Shown: piece after piece, positions 38,835-53,141 of the stretch
Position numbering within the stretch: the first letter of the stretch is position 1
Layout: each line of letters begins with the position of its first letter
Translations under genes and position numbers: made by a program
Assembly: GCA_964016885.1 (NCBI GenBank)
Contig: CAXHJY010001229.1
Location: 1 to 64,000 of the forward strand
DNA length: 64,000 nucleotides
Direction: 5' to 3'
From: Eledone cirrhosa
Lineage: Eukaryota
Notes under the pieces: generated by a model
Database searches by the model: none
Seen by the model: the letters and a program-made list of their open reading frames with translations, nothing else
What the model was told of the DNA's origin: nothing

Positions 38835-39169
38835 TGCAGGCATAGTTGTGTAGTTAATGATTTCAGGTTTAACCCTACTATACCCTCAGGCTAACCAATG
38901 TCTTGTGCACGTAATTTGGTAAACAGAAATTGTGTAGAAGTGTATATGTGTGTGTCTCATAATGAGACTTGGGCCATGAAGACACAAATGGCAAGAAATG
39001 GGACAAACATGCTTTAGATTTGTAATGTTAGTGTGCATGAATGGTGGAGTGCAAATAGGCTGCAAAAGAAAATGGGTGTAAGGGAAATCAAATGTAGTAT
39101 ACAAATGAGATGACTGTGATGGTATGGACATGTGATATGCATACAGGATGTTAATTGTAGTGTTGAACC

Positions 39170-40560
39170 CTTCTTCACCCACTTATTCCTGAGAGGGTCA
39201 TGAGAACAGAGTCTTCAAACACTTCTTTCAACAGATCCGGCCGTCTCCAACTGCTCCGGCTAGATCCCCAAGCAAGACCAACCATACTTATCATCATCAT
39301 TGTTTAACGTCTATCTTCCACGCTAGCATGGGTTAGACGGGATTGTCCCACTTGAGGCAAGATTGGTCAGGCGACCATGTCTCGCCCATATAGAACTGTA
39401 TCTGGCAGGTTATCTACAACTGGATGCCATTCCTAACACCAACCACATTTACAGTGTGGACTGGGAGCCTTTTTACCATGTCTCCTACATGGCCACTTTA
39501 CAGTGTGGACTGGGTGTTCTGTGGTACCAACATAACCTCAGAGAAGGGTTGGTGTGGGTGGAAGTGGGAGGATTGAATAGGGGTAGTGGAGTGGGGTGTA
39601 TATTTGGTTAAGAGGTACCTACTGACTGTAGGTTTTGAACTTCGAACGTGGGGGGGGGGGGGGGCCCTGGGTGTCCTGCCAGTTGGTTTTGCCAGCAATA
39701 TTTTCATGAGACATTCTAACCACATGCCCATACTATCGGAGCTGTGATCTCTCAATTTGGAGAAGTAGCGGCTCTACCTGGAGCGACTCACTGATCTCTG
39801 AGCTATGGACTCTATTCAGTCACGTCAGCACAAATACCCGTGTATCCGTGATCATATTCTTTCACTCATTACCCAAAGGGTTGGCACATATCCCGAATTG
39901 AAGAAGGCGAGTTTGGCTTTTTTTTTTTACCAAATGCTGAAGCTGGTGTATTACTGCATCAGGACCTACAATTCTTGCACTTAATTCACCCTCCTGTTTT
40001 CCATCACTCATGAACACAGCGCCGAGGTACTTCACCTGCTTCTGTGGAACTCAATTCACATGTAGAGCATATTGCGCAAAATTCCTTAAGAGTACGAGTG
40101 TCTCAGTTTTTACAGTACTGATTTTCATTCCAGCCATGCAGCACTCGGCATCAAACCTATCAAGTGCAAATTGGAAATCAAGTTAAGTAACACCATGTCG
40201 TCTGCAAAATCTAATCGACTGATCTTACACCTGCCACTCATGATACTACTTCAAACCAACTGCTCAAGTCAATCCTGTTCATGAAAGGCATATAAGCAAT
40301 GACAATCAGGAGTGATAAGCCCAATTTTCAAAAAGGTTAACAAGAGAGATTTTTCGAATTACAGAAGGATCTCCTTGTTAAGCCTTCCCGGTAAAGTCTA
40401 TGCTAAGTGTCTGGCAAAGAGATACAGAAAGATTGTCGTGTCCACGTTAACTGATGGAGACAGTGTGGTTTTGCCCTGGACACAGCACAGCAGACCAAAT
40501 ATTCACACTGCAGCAAGTCAAGAATGCATAGAAATATTGCCAAGGGGTGTATTCTTGTTT
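39170..40560. mobile_element. Second RTE family: minus-strand 3' part (interrupted by an RTE tail at 39290-39635) joined to a plus-strand upstream RT piece
   Basis: Plus strand 40300-40560 ISPIFKK..NYRRISLLSLPGKVYAK; minus strand FADD/VKYLG region; relative at 51190-51700 (+). Confidence 0.65.
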
Positions 40561-41049
40561 TGTGTTGAGCCTATAAAGTAGAAAATTATTGGAGCCCTCT
40601 AACCCTACCTCCTATGAAATACAACCTTGTAGGAAGCCAGTTAAATCTACATAGGTGTTACGTCATAATTTTTTTTTGCATTTTGAATGTAGAACAGAAA
40701 GACATGGGAACAAAGTAATGAAGACAGATTTCAACCTAATGTTGGAGACATAAGGATTAAGATGTATGCAGAAAATCCATTCATCATTTCAAGCAGGGTA
40801 CCCAACATGCTCCTAATAATACCCATTCCCACTGCCATTATTATACCACCACTCCTGGTGGACTATATATCACTCCCTTTCGATTTCGTAGGTAGAAAAC
40901 ATCCAAAATATTAAACACATGAGCAAGATGTGGTTATCCAACCTGTCTTGTCTAATCCATGCCATCATAGGAAAGAACATAAAATGACAAAGATGGAACT
41001 TAAGAATCAAGACGTAGAAAGCAAAACATCCATACTGTAATACTTATAG

Positions 41050-41605
41050 GGCGGTGGATTGGCAGTATCGGTAGAGGTTCGGACGCCATGCTTTCCAGCA
41101 TAGTTACGTCCCTTTACGATCTGAGTTCAAATCCCGCCGAGGTTGACTTTGCCTTTCATCCTTACGGGGTCGATAAAATAAAGTACCAGTAATACACTGA
41201 TATAATTGCTGGCCATGTGCCTCCTAAAGTAGAAACAATTATATACAGTATTTCCCGCCGCCGAAGACGCTTCGTCCCAGGACGCACCCTAATTTTGACA
41301 ACCAAAAATTTGAAAAAAAAATAAACCTACGGCCTCCAGGATGCATGGTAGATTTTTTTAGGAAAGAAGTAGCGTTTTCGACGCCGGGAATTAGAGCGAT
41401 GGATTGGCAGTATCGGTAGAGCCTTGGACATGCTTTATGGCACAGAATTACGTCTCTTTACGATCCGAGTTCAATTCGAGATTAGCTTAGCCTTTCATTC
41501 TTAGGGATCGATAAAATAAAGTACCAGTAATGCACTGGGGTCGATATAATTGATCCCCGCCCCCTCAAAAAATTGCTGGCCTTGCGCCTATAGTAGAAAC
41601 CATTA
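41050..41605 (+). mobile_element. Two SINE family B copies separated by a MITE
   Basis: ggcggtggattggcagtatcggtagag...gagttcaaatcccgccgagg...cctttcatcc...tagaaacaattat. Confidence 0.8.
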
Positions 41606-42604
41606 TAGTACATTAATGTTCTCTTTGTTGAGTGTCTTACTTTACTTTCCTCTATCTCTAGAAGAAAAAGTTATACATCTCACATCTATTCAGGTTTAGT
41701 TAGCCTCCTTACGAGGTTATTTTCATGGGTTTCTCTAGCGTTTTTAATTATAGGGACTCAAGTCAATATGAAAGGAAGCGTCTTGCTCAAGAACACAACG
41801 TGCCACCCAGTCCAGGAATTGAACACTTAACCACTAGGCCACGCGCCATCAGTCTCAGCTTTCATATCAAATTTAAAGACATTTTCGAAAACACTATCAG
41901 TGAATTGTTTTCAAATTCTTGTTTATAAGTATAATTTGGACACTTCATTTTTTAATGGATTCATGACAACATATAAGTACAACCGGCTCAGATCTATCAA
42001 TCCTATTATTTATTTATTTATTTCTCAGCCAATTTCATGTTTTTTTCCTACTTTGCCTTTAAATGTTCTCCAGAGATAGCGACCAGTTCCATTCATCAGA
42101 ACATCCCATTGTTTTTCATACATGCCCTTTCATCCCCCTTTTCACCACTGAGGAGATGAAGTAACGCGACGAGTGAAAGACGCTGTGCTGAAAAGGAACC
42201 ATCCAATTCATGCAAGTACGTAAAAACGATGATGACGATGTTCGATGAACGTAAATTTTATCTTCAATCAAATGCCTCGTCGATAACGAATACATATTAT
42301 CCATGACTACTGGAAAGTAATGTCATCTCTAGAGTCAGGCATTTCGTAAGGTGACGACAGTATGAGAAACGATCCAAACAGGATTTTTTTTTTATCCATA
42401 AATATACATTTGAATTTGAGATGAATTTTCAACTTTGCAAAAAATGTATACTGAACACTACATTTTAAAAGCATGTATATTACGAAAGAAACTGAGAAAA
42501 TGTAGCTGTATCCACGTTAAACTTATTCATTTCGTTAATTCAAGAGTCACATTTTTTTATACATACATCACTGTCGTGTGTGTATATGTATAGATATAAA
42601 TATA

Positions 42605-42678
42605 CACAGTGTCCCAAAAATGTATACAAACTTCAACAGCATTCTAGTATATGTGTATACATATTTGGGGACACCCTG
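42605..42678. mobile_element. 74-bp Tc1/mariner-type mini-MITE
   Basis: TA-flanked; TIRs GTGTCCCAAAAATGTATACA / TGTATACATATTTGGGGACACCCTG. Confidence 0.6.
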
Positions 42679-43186
42679 TATATACTATATATATACACAC
42701 ATAAATATATACATATACACACATATATATACATATACACACATATATATACATATACACACATATATATATATACATATACACACTAATCTTTTACTTG
42801 TTTCAGTTATTAAATTGCTATCACGCTGGGGCATCATCTTAAAAGCTATTTAGTTGATCCTAGTAATTATTTTTTCAAACCTAGAATGTATCGATCATAT
42901 ATGGTGAGCGTCTGGAGTTTTCGTCTACGAAATTTGAGTCACAAGGCATTGATCAACCAGAGGTTAAAGAAGATACTTGCCCAAGGTAGCGCCTAGTGGG
43001 GCTGAACACAAAACCACGTGGTTGCAAAGCGAACTCATCCGTCTACCAAATTCCACTTATTGGTGAATCCAAATATATATATAACCAAAGATTAGTATGG
43101 TTCGTTGATTACTCAACAGAAAAGTTTTCCTGGAGTTTTTAATATTATTCAAAATGTTAAATGAAAAATATTCTCATAATCAAAAT

Positions 43187-43255
43187 ATATACTTTATTAT
43201 ATATATTTCAAAGGTAGTGTAAATTTTTCAGTACGTCCTCATCAGACAAATATAT
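43187..43255 (-). ncRNA. Type-I hammerhead motif (mirror copy, sense to PRPS pre-mRNA)
   Basis: Same core; stem II has one extra mismatch (CACTAC vs CAGTAC). Confidence 0.55.
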
Positions 43256-43351
43256 CATTTGATATATAGGATACTGCTACGGTCTTGATTATTCAATTCC
43301 AGTATTGGAATTGAATTATCAAGACCGTAGCGGTATGTCATATATCAAATC

Positions 43352-43422
43352 ATATATTTGTCTGATGAGGACGTACTGAAAAAACAATACAGTACCTTTG
43401 AAATATATATAATAAAGTATAT
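43352..43422 (+). ncRNA. Type-I hammerhead ribozyme motif
   Basis: ATATATTTGT-CTGATGA-GGACGTACTG(loop)CAGTACCTTT-GAAA-TATATA-TA^-ATAAA. Confidence 0.65.
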
Positions 43423-44364
43423 ATTTTGATTGTGAGAATATTTTTCATTTGTTAACATTTTGAATAATATATGTTCATATAAATATATAGTAAATGACTT
43501 TTGCCCAAGGTGGCATGCAGTCAGATCGAACCCGAAACCACGTGGCTGCGAAGAGATTTTTTTAAAAAGAAAAAAAAATTTTTCAAATATTTTTATAAAC
43601 GAAAAAAAATAATAATCATCTCCAAACTGTCCTGTAATTCACCACATGCTACAATGTACCAATGTGACAAGGACGTCTACAATATATATAGTTCCATCTC
43701 ATCTGAAAACGCTGGTCGTATTTAGGCCAATAATGCAAAAATAAAATTTTATATAAATATTCTAATTCTGTGTTTATTACTTTTTCTTCTTTCGTTTGTA
43801 CGTGTGTATATATAAAATTGTGCACGTCTTCACTAGCCCCCACCCCACACCTAATTCATGTTTGTTTTGTAAGTATTCATTATATAAATATGAAATAAAT
43901 ATTACATTTTAATACATTCTTCTGGTTGTATAATATAAGTAGATAGTTATTATTATTATTATTGTAAACCAGGATGCATCACACGTTTGGTCATGGGGCG
44001 CGAGTACTGCGTGTGAAGAATATTTTAGCAGCGAGTACTGCGTGTGAAGAATATTTTAGCATAAGTCTTTGCGTAGGATGCAAGGTAAAAATAAAAATAT
44101 TCGGTAACGCAGCATGTGTTATAGCGTCAAAGGCACCGCCACTTCATCATCATAAAAAATACTAAAGATTATATCAGCGCGGATAGCATCAAGTTGCAAA
44201 CCTATTATCAAATTGAAATTATGATGGGAATGTGTAGAAATTGAAATATGATCTGAAAAGCTTGTGATAACCAACGAGACGAGAAGACGAACAGAACACA
44301 AAAATGAAAATATATTAATAAAACTAAGCACATGCGGGAATAAACAATACACACATACTATTAT

Positions 44365-44414
<50 letters not shown>

Positions 44415-45165
44415 GTTTGGATTTGATAACACGAGGTAAAAACCCCGAGTAGTAATATAATAAAAACACACATATATATCAGAGATATTAGATATTGTCA
44501 AAAAAAAAAATATCTAACAGTTAATAAATCGATTACGATTAAAGTAATCGCAAATCGATTTTTTTTTCACTAAACTGATAATATATACCAAATTTTCTTT
44601 TCTAGATCTTCATTTAAACGCAAATAGAAGATATATCCCAATCCATTATACAGTTAGCTGCACGTGCGTGCGTGTTAAAATACACGTGCGTGTATTTTAA
44701 ACATACATAATTAAATTTAGATTATATTTATACTATGCATAAACAAATTCAAATATATATTTATATATAGATACACGAGTAGCTCTTTGAAATACTGTGC
44801 ATAGAACGTTCAAACATTAACTGAATGAGCACTCAATACGTGTGAGGAGAGTACACAATTTATTATCTGAAAAAAAAGTGGCATTGACTTCCAAGTTTCA
44901 GCGATTCTTCTTCGGATATTTATAAGAGTTGTTGAAACTTCGAAGTCGCTGGCACCTTTTTCTTCGGATAACAAATTGCGTTTATATATATTAGTGAGAA
45001 ACAGGCGAAACTCCACAACAAGATTCACTATTTAACCTTAATAAAATAAATATATATATATAACATTGGTAATATTGCATCCACGTGTCGCTGAAAACAA
45101 AAAGCGAAAAAGATGATTATATATACACACACGCACATAAATATAACAAGATAACGATTACATAC

Positions 45166-45350
45166 CAGGTTTCTCCATTACTGAATTTCGTTGTGACAAC
45201 CTTTCCCTTATCAATACCCAGTCGGTCACAGACTTTTCTGGTAAGATCGGAATGGGAAGTTCCGCTGAAGACTTTGATATTTGGCATGTTGCGAATTTCG
45301 GAACCACTGCTGGATGATTTCCTGTCCTTTAGCTTAGACGTGCCCGGCAT
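45166..45350 (-). CDS. PRPS1: Ribose-phosphate pyrophosphokinase, coding exon 1 (upstream ATG 45350; conserved [12 protein letters not shown] at 45287)
   Basis: Translates [61 protein letters not shown]; ends TG|GTATGT (phase 2 donor); 122 nt from the second ATG. The symbol is a family label; PRPS1 vs PRPS2 orthology cannot be resolved for an invertebrate. Confidence 0.93.
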
Positions 45351-45548
45351 CTAATTACCGCCTCTTCTGAATGGGTTCGTAGTTTATCGGTTCCCCCCGA
45401 ACAAAACCGGTGTCTCCTGTATAAAGAGAACGGGTAAAGTAATACTAGTGTGTGTACGTATATGTGCGTAGCAGTATGTAATCATTCGCACACACGTACA
45501 CGGATATACATATGTATTTATGTGTGTTTAGTCATACGTACACACCAA

Positions 45549-45682
45549 GTGGTGGCGGGAGGCGCTTACACACACATCAAATGGTAGCGGGAGACGTACA
45601 TATTCACGCACAGATAAGTTCTCGTTCACACACACTTACCCCGATACATACATATACACACACATCCAGTGGTGGCGGGAAC
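45549..45682. promoter_or_regulatory. Three repeated TGGT(G/A)GCGGGA motifs (E2F-like TCCCGC on the minus strand) at the PRPS 5' end
   Basis: gtggtggcggga ~45549, atggtagcggga ~45581, gtggtggcggga ~45669. Confidence 0.35.
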
Positions 45683-45710
45683 TTAGAAGACTAGCTTCTT
45701 CACTGCGTCG
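45640..45710 (-). other. Putative non-coding 5' UTR exon of PRPS (intron 45417-45639)
   Basis: Minus-strand donor GG|GTAAGT at 45640/45639 and polypyrimidine acceptor tttacccgttctctttatacag|G at 45417/45416, upstream of the ATG; locally CpG-richer. The exon 5' end is a guess. Confidence 0.55.
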
Positions 45711-46829
45711 AAGAAATTTCATATACAAAAAAAAATAATAGCTATTGGGAAAATTAATTTATATATGATAATTCTTAGAATATTATATATATATATATAT
45801 ATACATCCCAAAACTGGTTTTCATCATCGCTAAAGATTGCACATTAATCTATCCCGCCGAGGTTAACTTTGCCTTTCATCATTACGGGGTCGATAAAATA
45901 AAGTACCAGTGGGATAATTGCTTGCTTTGTGCCAAAAGTAGAAACAATTAATCTATAAAAAAATTAAAATTTGTACAGCTGCATTGTTTACAAATTTCGT
46001 AGGGTAATATCGTATGATGATCCGATAAAGCAATTTGATCATTTGTAACTACTGTATTATGTGGTCAGTGATCAATATACTGACACTGCAAAGGGCTTTT
46101 AATAATTATTTATACAAATAGTAACAAAATATGGACTGAAAAAAGGCTCCAGACTTTTATTTTTATTTATTGCAGGATAAAAAGTATAAAAGAAGCGCTT
46201 TGTTCATTTCATTGTGTATTGGGTGTATTGACTATGGGCTCGAGAATAATTTACATGGATAAGTAGTGTATTTTTAGATATATTCTATTTTCATTTGGGA
46301 GTTTATTTTAGTCCTCACAATTTAAATATTGCATGATTGCTGCTTAGCTTATTGTATTCCTGTGGCAGCACGACGACCTCTTTCTGCATTATTGGTGTTT
46401 ATGTCTAAGGGTATCCTGCTACAATATCTCTATACATGTCTCTTTCCCATGTGTTAAGTTGTTGCTTCGCAACAATTAAGTCCCGGGTTCTGCGTGGCAC
46501 CTTTTGCAAGTGTCACTTACCATGTCCTCGGGTCTAACCAGACCTCGCGAATTGAAACTAGGTAGAGAAACTATACCTTTAGTTTATAAGGCCAGCCATA
46601 TCGTACTGAATCTCCCTGAGAATTACGCTAAAGGAACATGCATCGTCGAAACTGACGGAGCTCGATTATACATTCATACGTGAATGCATGCATGACCTGT
46701 TTACCGACTACGGAAGCAATTCTTTTCTTTTTCCTTTACCATTTTTGTGTCATTATACACGGTTTTGACATACACATGTATTTTGTTTGTGCTTTCGTTC
46801 TGTAGGCATTGTATTATTATATTTCTTTT

Positions 46830-47568
46830 GGTGGTATCGGTTGAGTCGGACGCCATGCTTTGCAGCTTAGAGTTACGGCCCTTTATGGTCTGAGTTCAAA
46901 TCCCGCCGATATTAACTTTCCCTTTCATCCATACGGGATTGATAAAATAAAGCACCAGTGACGTACTAGGATCGATTTAATCGACTTTCTCCTCCCCCAA
47001 AATTACTGGCCTTGTGCCTTAGAAATCATTATAGTTCTTTTGGCGGTGGATTGGCAGTATCGGTAGAGAGTCGGACGCCATGCTTTGACACATAGAGTTA
47101 GGGCCCTTGCCATTCTGAGTTCAAATCCCGCCGAGGTTTACTTTGCCTTTCATCCTTACGAGGTCAATAAAATAAAGTACCAGTAATGCACTGGATAATT
47201 TGCTGGCCTTGTGCCTAAAGTAGAAACAATTATTATATTTCTTTTGGCGGTGAATTGGCATTATCGGTAGAGGGTCGGACATGCTTTCCAGCATAGTTAC
47301 GTCCCTTTACGACCTGAGTTCAAATCCCGCCGAGGTTAACTTTGCCTTTCATCCTTACGGGGGTCGATAAAATAAAGTACCAGTAATGTCTGAGTAATTG
47401 TTGGCCTTGTGCTAAAAAGTAGAAACAATCATTATATTTCTTTTGGTGGTATCGGTAGAAGGGTCGGACGCCATGCTTTGCAGCTTAGGATTACGGTCTG
47501 AGTTCTAATCCTGCGAAGGTTAACTTTACCTTTCATCATTACGAGGTCGATGAAATAAAGCACCAGTA
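46830..47568 (+). repeat. Head-to-tail array of four SINE family B units (~200-212 bp period)
   Basis: Unit starts ~46830, 47042, 47246, 47444 with a conserved linker attata(t/g)ttctttt|gg. Confidence 0.85.
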
Positions 47569-48009
47569 AAAAAAACTTACTTCTGACACGAGCACTACAG
47601 AATTCATTGTCGAACGATCACATAAAGGTAGTAATTATCGAGACGGCGTGATCATACAAATGGGAGGCGGTGGGGGTCAACTCCATTATCTAATGTTATC
47701 CTTCATTTTTAAAAGTAGTGTGCGATTTGATAGAAAATTGGCTATTCTTTCTAGCAGATCAAATTACTACATTCATCAGAAGTGGGAATCAATTCATTTT
47801 AATACCAAGGGGCGACGTGTAAATCCATAGAAAATTGTAGTGGGAGGCGGCATTTGTGTTTGACAAAATAAGGAATATTTTATTAACTATTAAAATTGTT
47901 TTGGTTTGGGGACTTCGACTCTTTTTTGTTCGTTTTTGTTTCTTTTTTCCTTCTTTTATAAAGTTTTTAGTTTGTTAATGGGTGTTTTCGAATTCGAATG
48001 CAGGCCAAT

Positions 48010-50148
<2,139 letters not shown>

Positions 50149-50431
50149 TAGATATACACATGCTTAAAATGTTACATGAAAATTGTATGAAAAGTATTTT
50201 CTTTTTTTTTTCAACGACGAGACTAATTTAGCTTCAGGCCAGGTGAAAGAAACATTACAATCTATTGGGGGGAGCATGGAGAAGGTGGATTTCCATGACA
50301 ATTTTCATTTTTAATTTTTTTCTGTCTTTTTCCTTTCAATATTCATTATTTAAACTTTACTTGCTGAAGCAAGTGGAGAAGTTCAAGAATCTCAAAGCCA
50401 TTTTCACCAGTGATGGAAGACAGGAGGATGA

Positions 50432-51185
50432 ATTCATCATCATCACCGTTTTACGTCTGTTCTTCCACGCTAGCATGGGTTAGACGGGTTGTCCTGTTGT
50501 GGGCAGTGTCTGGTCGGCTGACCATGCCTTGCTCATACAGGAACTAATTTGGCTTGATTTCTACAGCTGGATGCCCTTCCTAACACCAACCTCATTTACA
50601 GTGAGTGCTGGTTGCTTTTTCGTGGTGCCTCCATGTCCACTTTACAGTGTGGGCTGGGTGCTTTTTTGCCGTGGCACCTCCACGACCACCTTGCGGTGGG
50701 GGGGGGGGGGGGCATATTGTCTATATGCTTCAGCTTGTACCCATGGGAGGTCGGGTACTCTGTATTACTGCGTGACGCCAGAGTTCACGGTCGTGTGTCA
50801 TCGCCTTTGAGAGGTGTAATTGGGTACGGTCGGCTTTTATCACCTCATCCCAGGTCATCTTCGGTCTCCCCACTCCGCGCTTTCCATCGACTTCTAGTGC
50901 TCTGCACCTTTTTATGCAGCTGTCATCCTTCATATGCATCACATGTCCATACCAGCGCAACCGCCTCTCCTGCACACAGCATTTGATTCCTCTTATGCTC
51001 AGTCTCTCTCTCAATTCATTTATGCTTTGTCGTTCGCGTATATTACTGTTACACATCCATCGGAGCATGCAGGCTTCGTTTCTCTCTAATCTACGTAAGT
51101 CTTCCACCTTCAGCGCCCAGGTCTCACTACCATGCAACATCGCTGTTCGGATACACGCATCATACAGTCTGCCTTTCATTTTGAG
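50432..51185 (-). mobile_element. RTE LINE 3' end with complete tail
   Basis: MKGRLYDACIRTAMLHGSETW...RRLRWYGHVM..GRPKMTW running into the tail shared with SINE A. Confidence 0.9.
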
Positions 51186-52199
51186 GGAATTAAGTGCAAA
51201 TATTGCAGAAGCTGATGCAGAAATGTGCCAGTTTCAGAAGTCTGTTATGAGAAGGGAGGTAGGTGTAAACGCCAAACTCTCTTCCTTCAATTCATGCCAA
51301 CCCTTCCCTATGGCAATGAATCTTGGGTAATGACCAAAAGAATATGATCGCGAATACTAGCAGCCAAAATGGAGTTCCTCCGAAGGGTCTTTGGAATAAC
51401 ATTACTCAATAGAGTGCGTAGCTCAGAAATCAGGGACTCATTCCGGGTATAGCTGTTACTTCTCTGAATTGAGAGATGATAGCTCTGAAGTTACGGGCAT
51501 GTGATCAAAACCAGCCGGCAGGAGACCCAAGGGTAGATCCCGAATAAGATGGTGAGATAATATGCATGATCTCTGCTTGGGAATCAAGTCAGATTAATTG
51601 GAGACAGTTGCTTCTGATAGGACCCGCTGGAAGGTGTGCTCGGGCACTCTTACCACATGATCCTCCCAGGAATAAGTGGTCAGAGAAGGAGAAGAAGAAG
51701 AGGTAGGAGGAGGAAAAAATTTCACAAGCATGCACCAAATGCCCTAACCAAGTCATGCGCCCTCGTCTAGTAGTAGTAGTAGTTGTTGTACCTGTAATTC
51801 AAAGGGCCAGTCTTGTCACAAACTGAATCAGCCACTTGCATGTTAATTTCACGAACAAACTGTTCTGATGTTCAAACACTCATCGTTGCAACCGACGGAG
51901 GTCCAGCACACTAAAATATTATTTTTTTTAAAAATGCTATTAAAAATATTAGCATTTTTATGATATCTAAGAATGCTAAAAATTAAAGATTTTTACATGC
52001 GGAAGTTTTAATATTTACAATAAATTAGATTTTTCAACAATAGTTTTAGTTTTAAATTAAAAAATTGGGAGATGCGGGGCAAGTGGGAAACTCGATTGTA
52101 GAATACACGAGGGAAATAAAGATTTTTTTATTGTCCATTGGAATCGAAACAGTATGGACAGAATTCTATATTTTAAATTGCGTTCACGTAATTCTTAAT

Positions 52200-52490
52200 G
52201 CTTCCTTCCCGCCGCGGTGAATGCGGGGGTCACTGCTTCCACTGCCGAACGGAATAAAATTCAGAAATACCAGGATTTATCAAATAATTATTTATTCCAG
52301 CCTGTGGTATTCAAGACGTTCAGTGGAATTGGGCCGCTGACAGTAAAGTTCTTGTCTTCACTGCCGGCTCACCTTACTGAGGTGGCAGGTGATGCCCGAG
52401 AGGGTGCCTGGTTATTTCAACACCTTAGCCTCGCCATCACCCGTGGTAATGCTGCAAGAGTGTTGGCTTGCCTGAAAGTGTGTAGATAAC
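52200..52490 (+). mobile_element. CRE-like non-LTR element, restriction-like endonuclease C-terminus
   Basis: AERNKIQKYQDL...FQPVVFKTFSGIGP...WLFQHLSLAITRGNA. Confidence 0.7.
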
Positions 52491-52571
52491 CCCTAAGATT
52501 GTCGTACTTGGTGGTGAATTGCCCCACCCCTTTTTTGTTTCCTTTATCATTATTGTTCAATCAATTATATT

Positions 52572-53141
52572 ATTAGGTAGTAATAAGTGCTTACACCGTA
52601 TTTGACTAGATAGAATTAGTTTGTTGGGATTTAAAAATGGAATAAAGAATGAGTATTGACGTACATGGGACATGAACACACATCTTTGGTTTGTCGGACC
52701 AATGTCTTACCATTACACCAACACACCATGCTTCCTTATATTCAATTAGAAGCTATATAACCATAACAGGTATATATATATAAATAGGGAGACACAAAAG
52801 GTTTGTTTAGAAACAGCTAGTGAATTTGAAAATTAGGTAGTACCATGTGGTCACACCGTATTTGACTAAATAGAATTAGTCTGTTGGTTGGGATTTAAAA
52901 AACCCCTCTGAATGGAAAAAAGGATGAATATTGACGTACATGGGACATGAACCTAGATCATTGGTTTGCCGGACCAATGTGTTACCATTACACCTTTTTT
53001 CCATTCAGAGGGTTTTTTAAATCCCAACCAATAGACTAATTCTATTTAGTTACATACGGCGTAAGCACATGTTACTACCTAATTTTCAAATTCGATAGCT
53101 GTTTCTCAACAATGCCTGCTTTGTGTCTCCCTATTTATATA
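52572..53141. repeat. Direct plus inverted repeat cluster containing tRNA-like units
   Basis: 52572-52719 resembles 52832-52994 (direct); 52778-52922 is inverted at 52993-53141; minus strand GGTGTAATGGTAA..CATTGGT-CCG(G/A)CAA-ACCAA..GTTCATGTCC. Confidence 0.7.

Larger units (their letters stand above)
43141..43470. repeat. ~330-bp fold-back palindrome (centre ~43303) with a hammerhead motif in each arm, in PRPS intron 1
   Basis: Arms ~160 bp with scattered mismatches; 4-nt loop TTCCA-GTAT-TGGAA. Confidence 0.9.

Noticed and set aside
46830-47568. Regularly spaced repeats resembling a CRISPR array (also 1-113, 15533-15702, 62055-62167)
   Set aside because: Whole units repeat with no unique spacers, there are no cas genes, and the context is eukaryotic.
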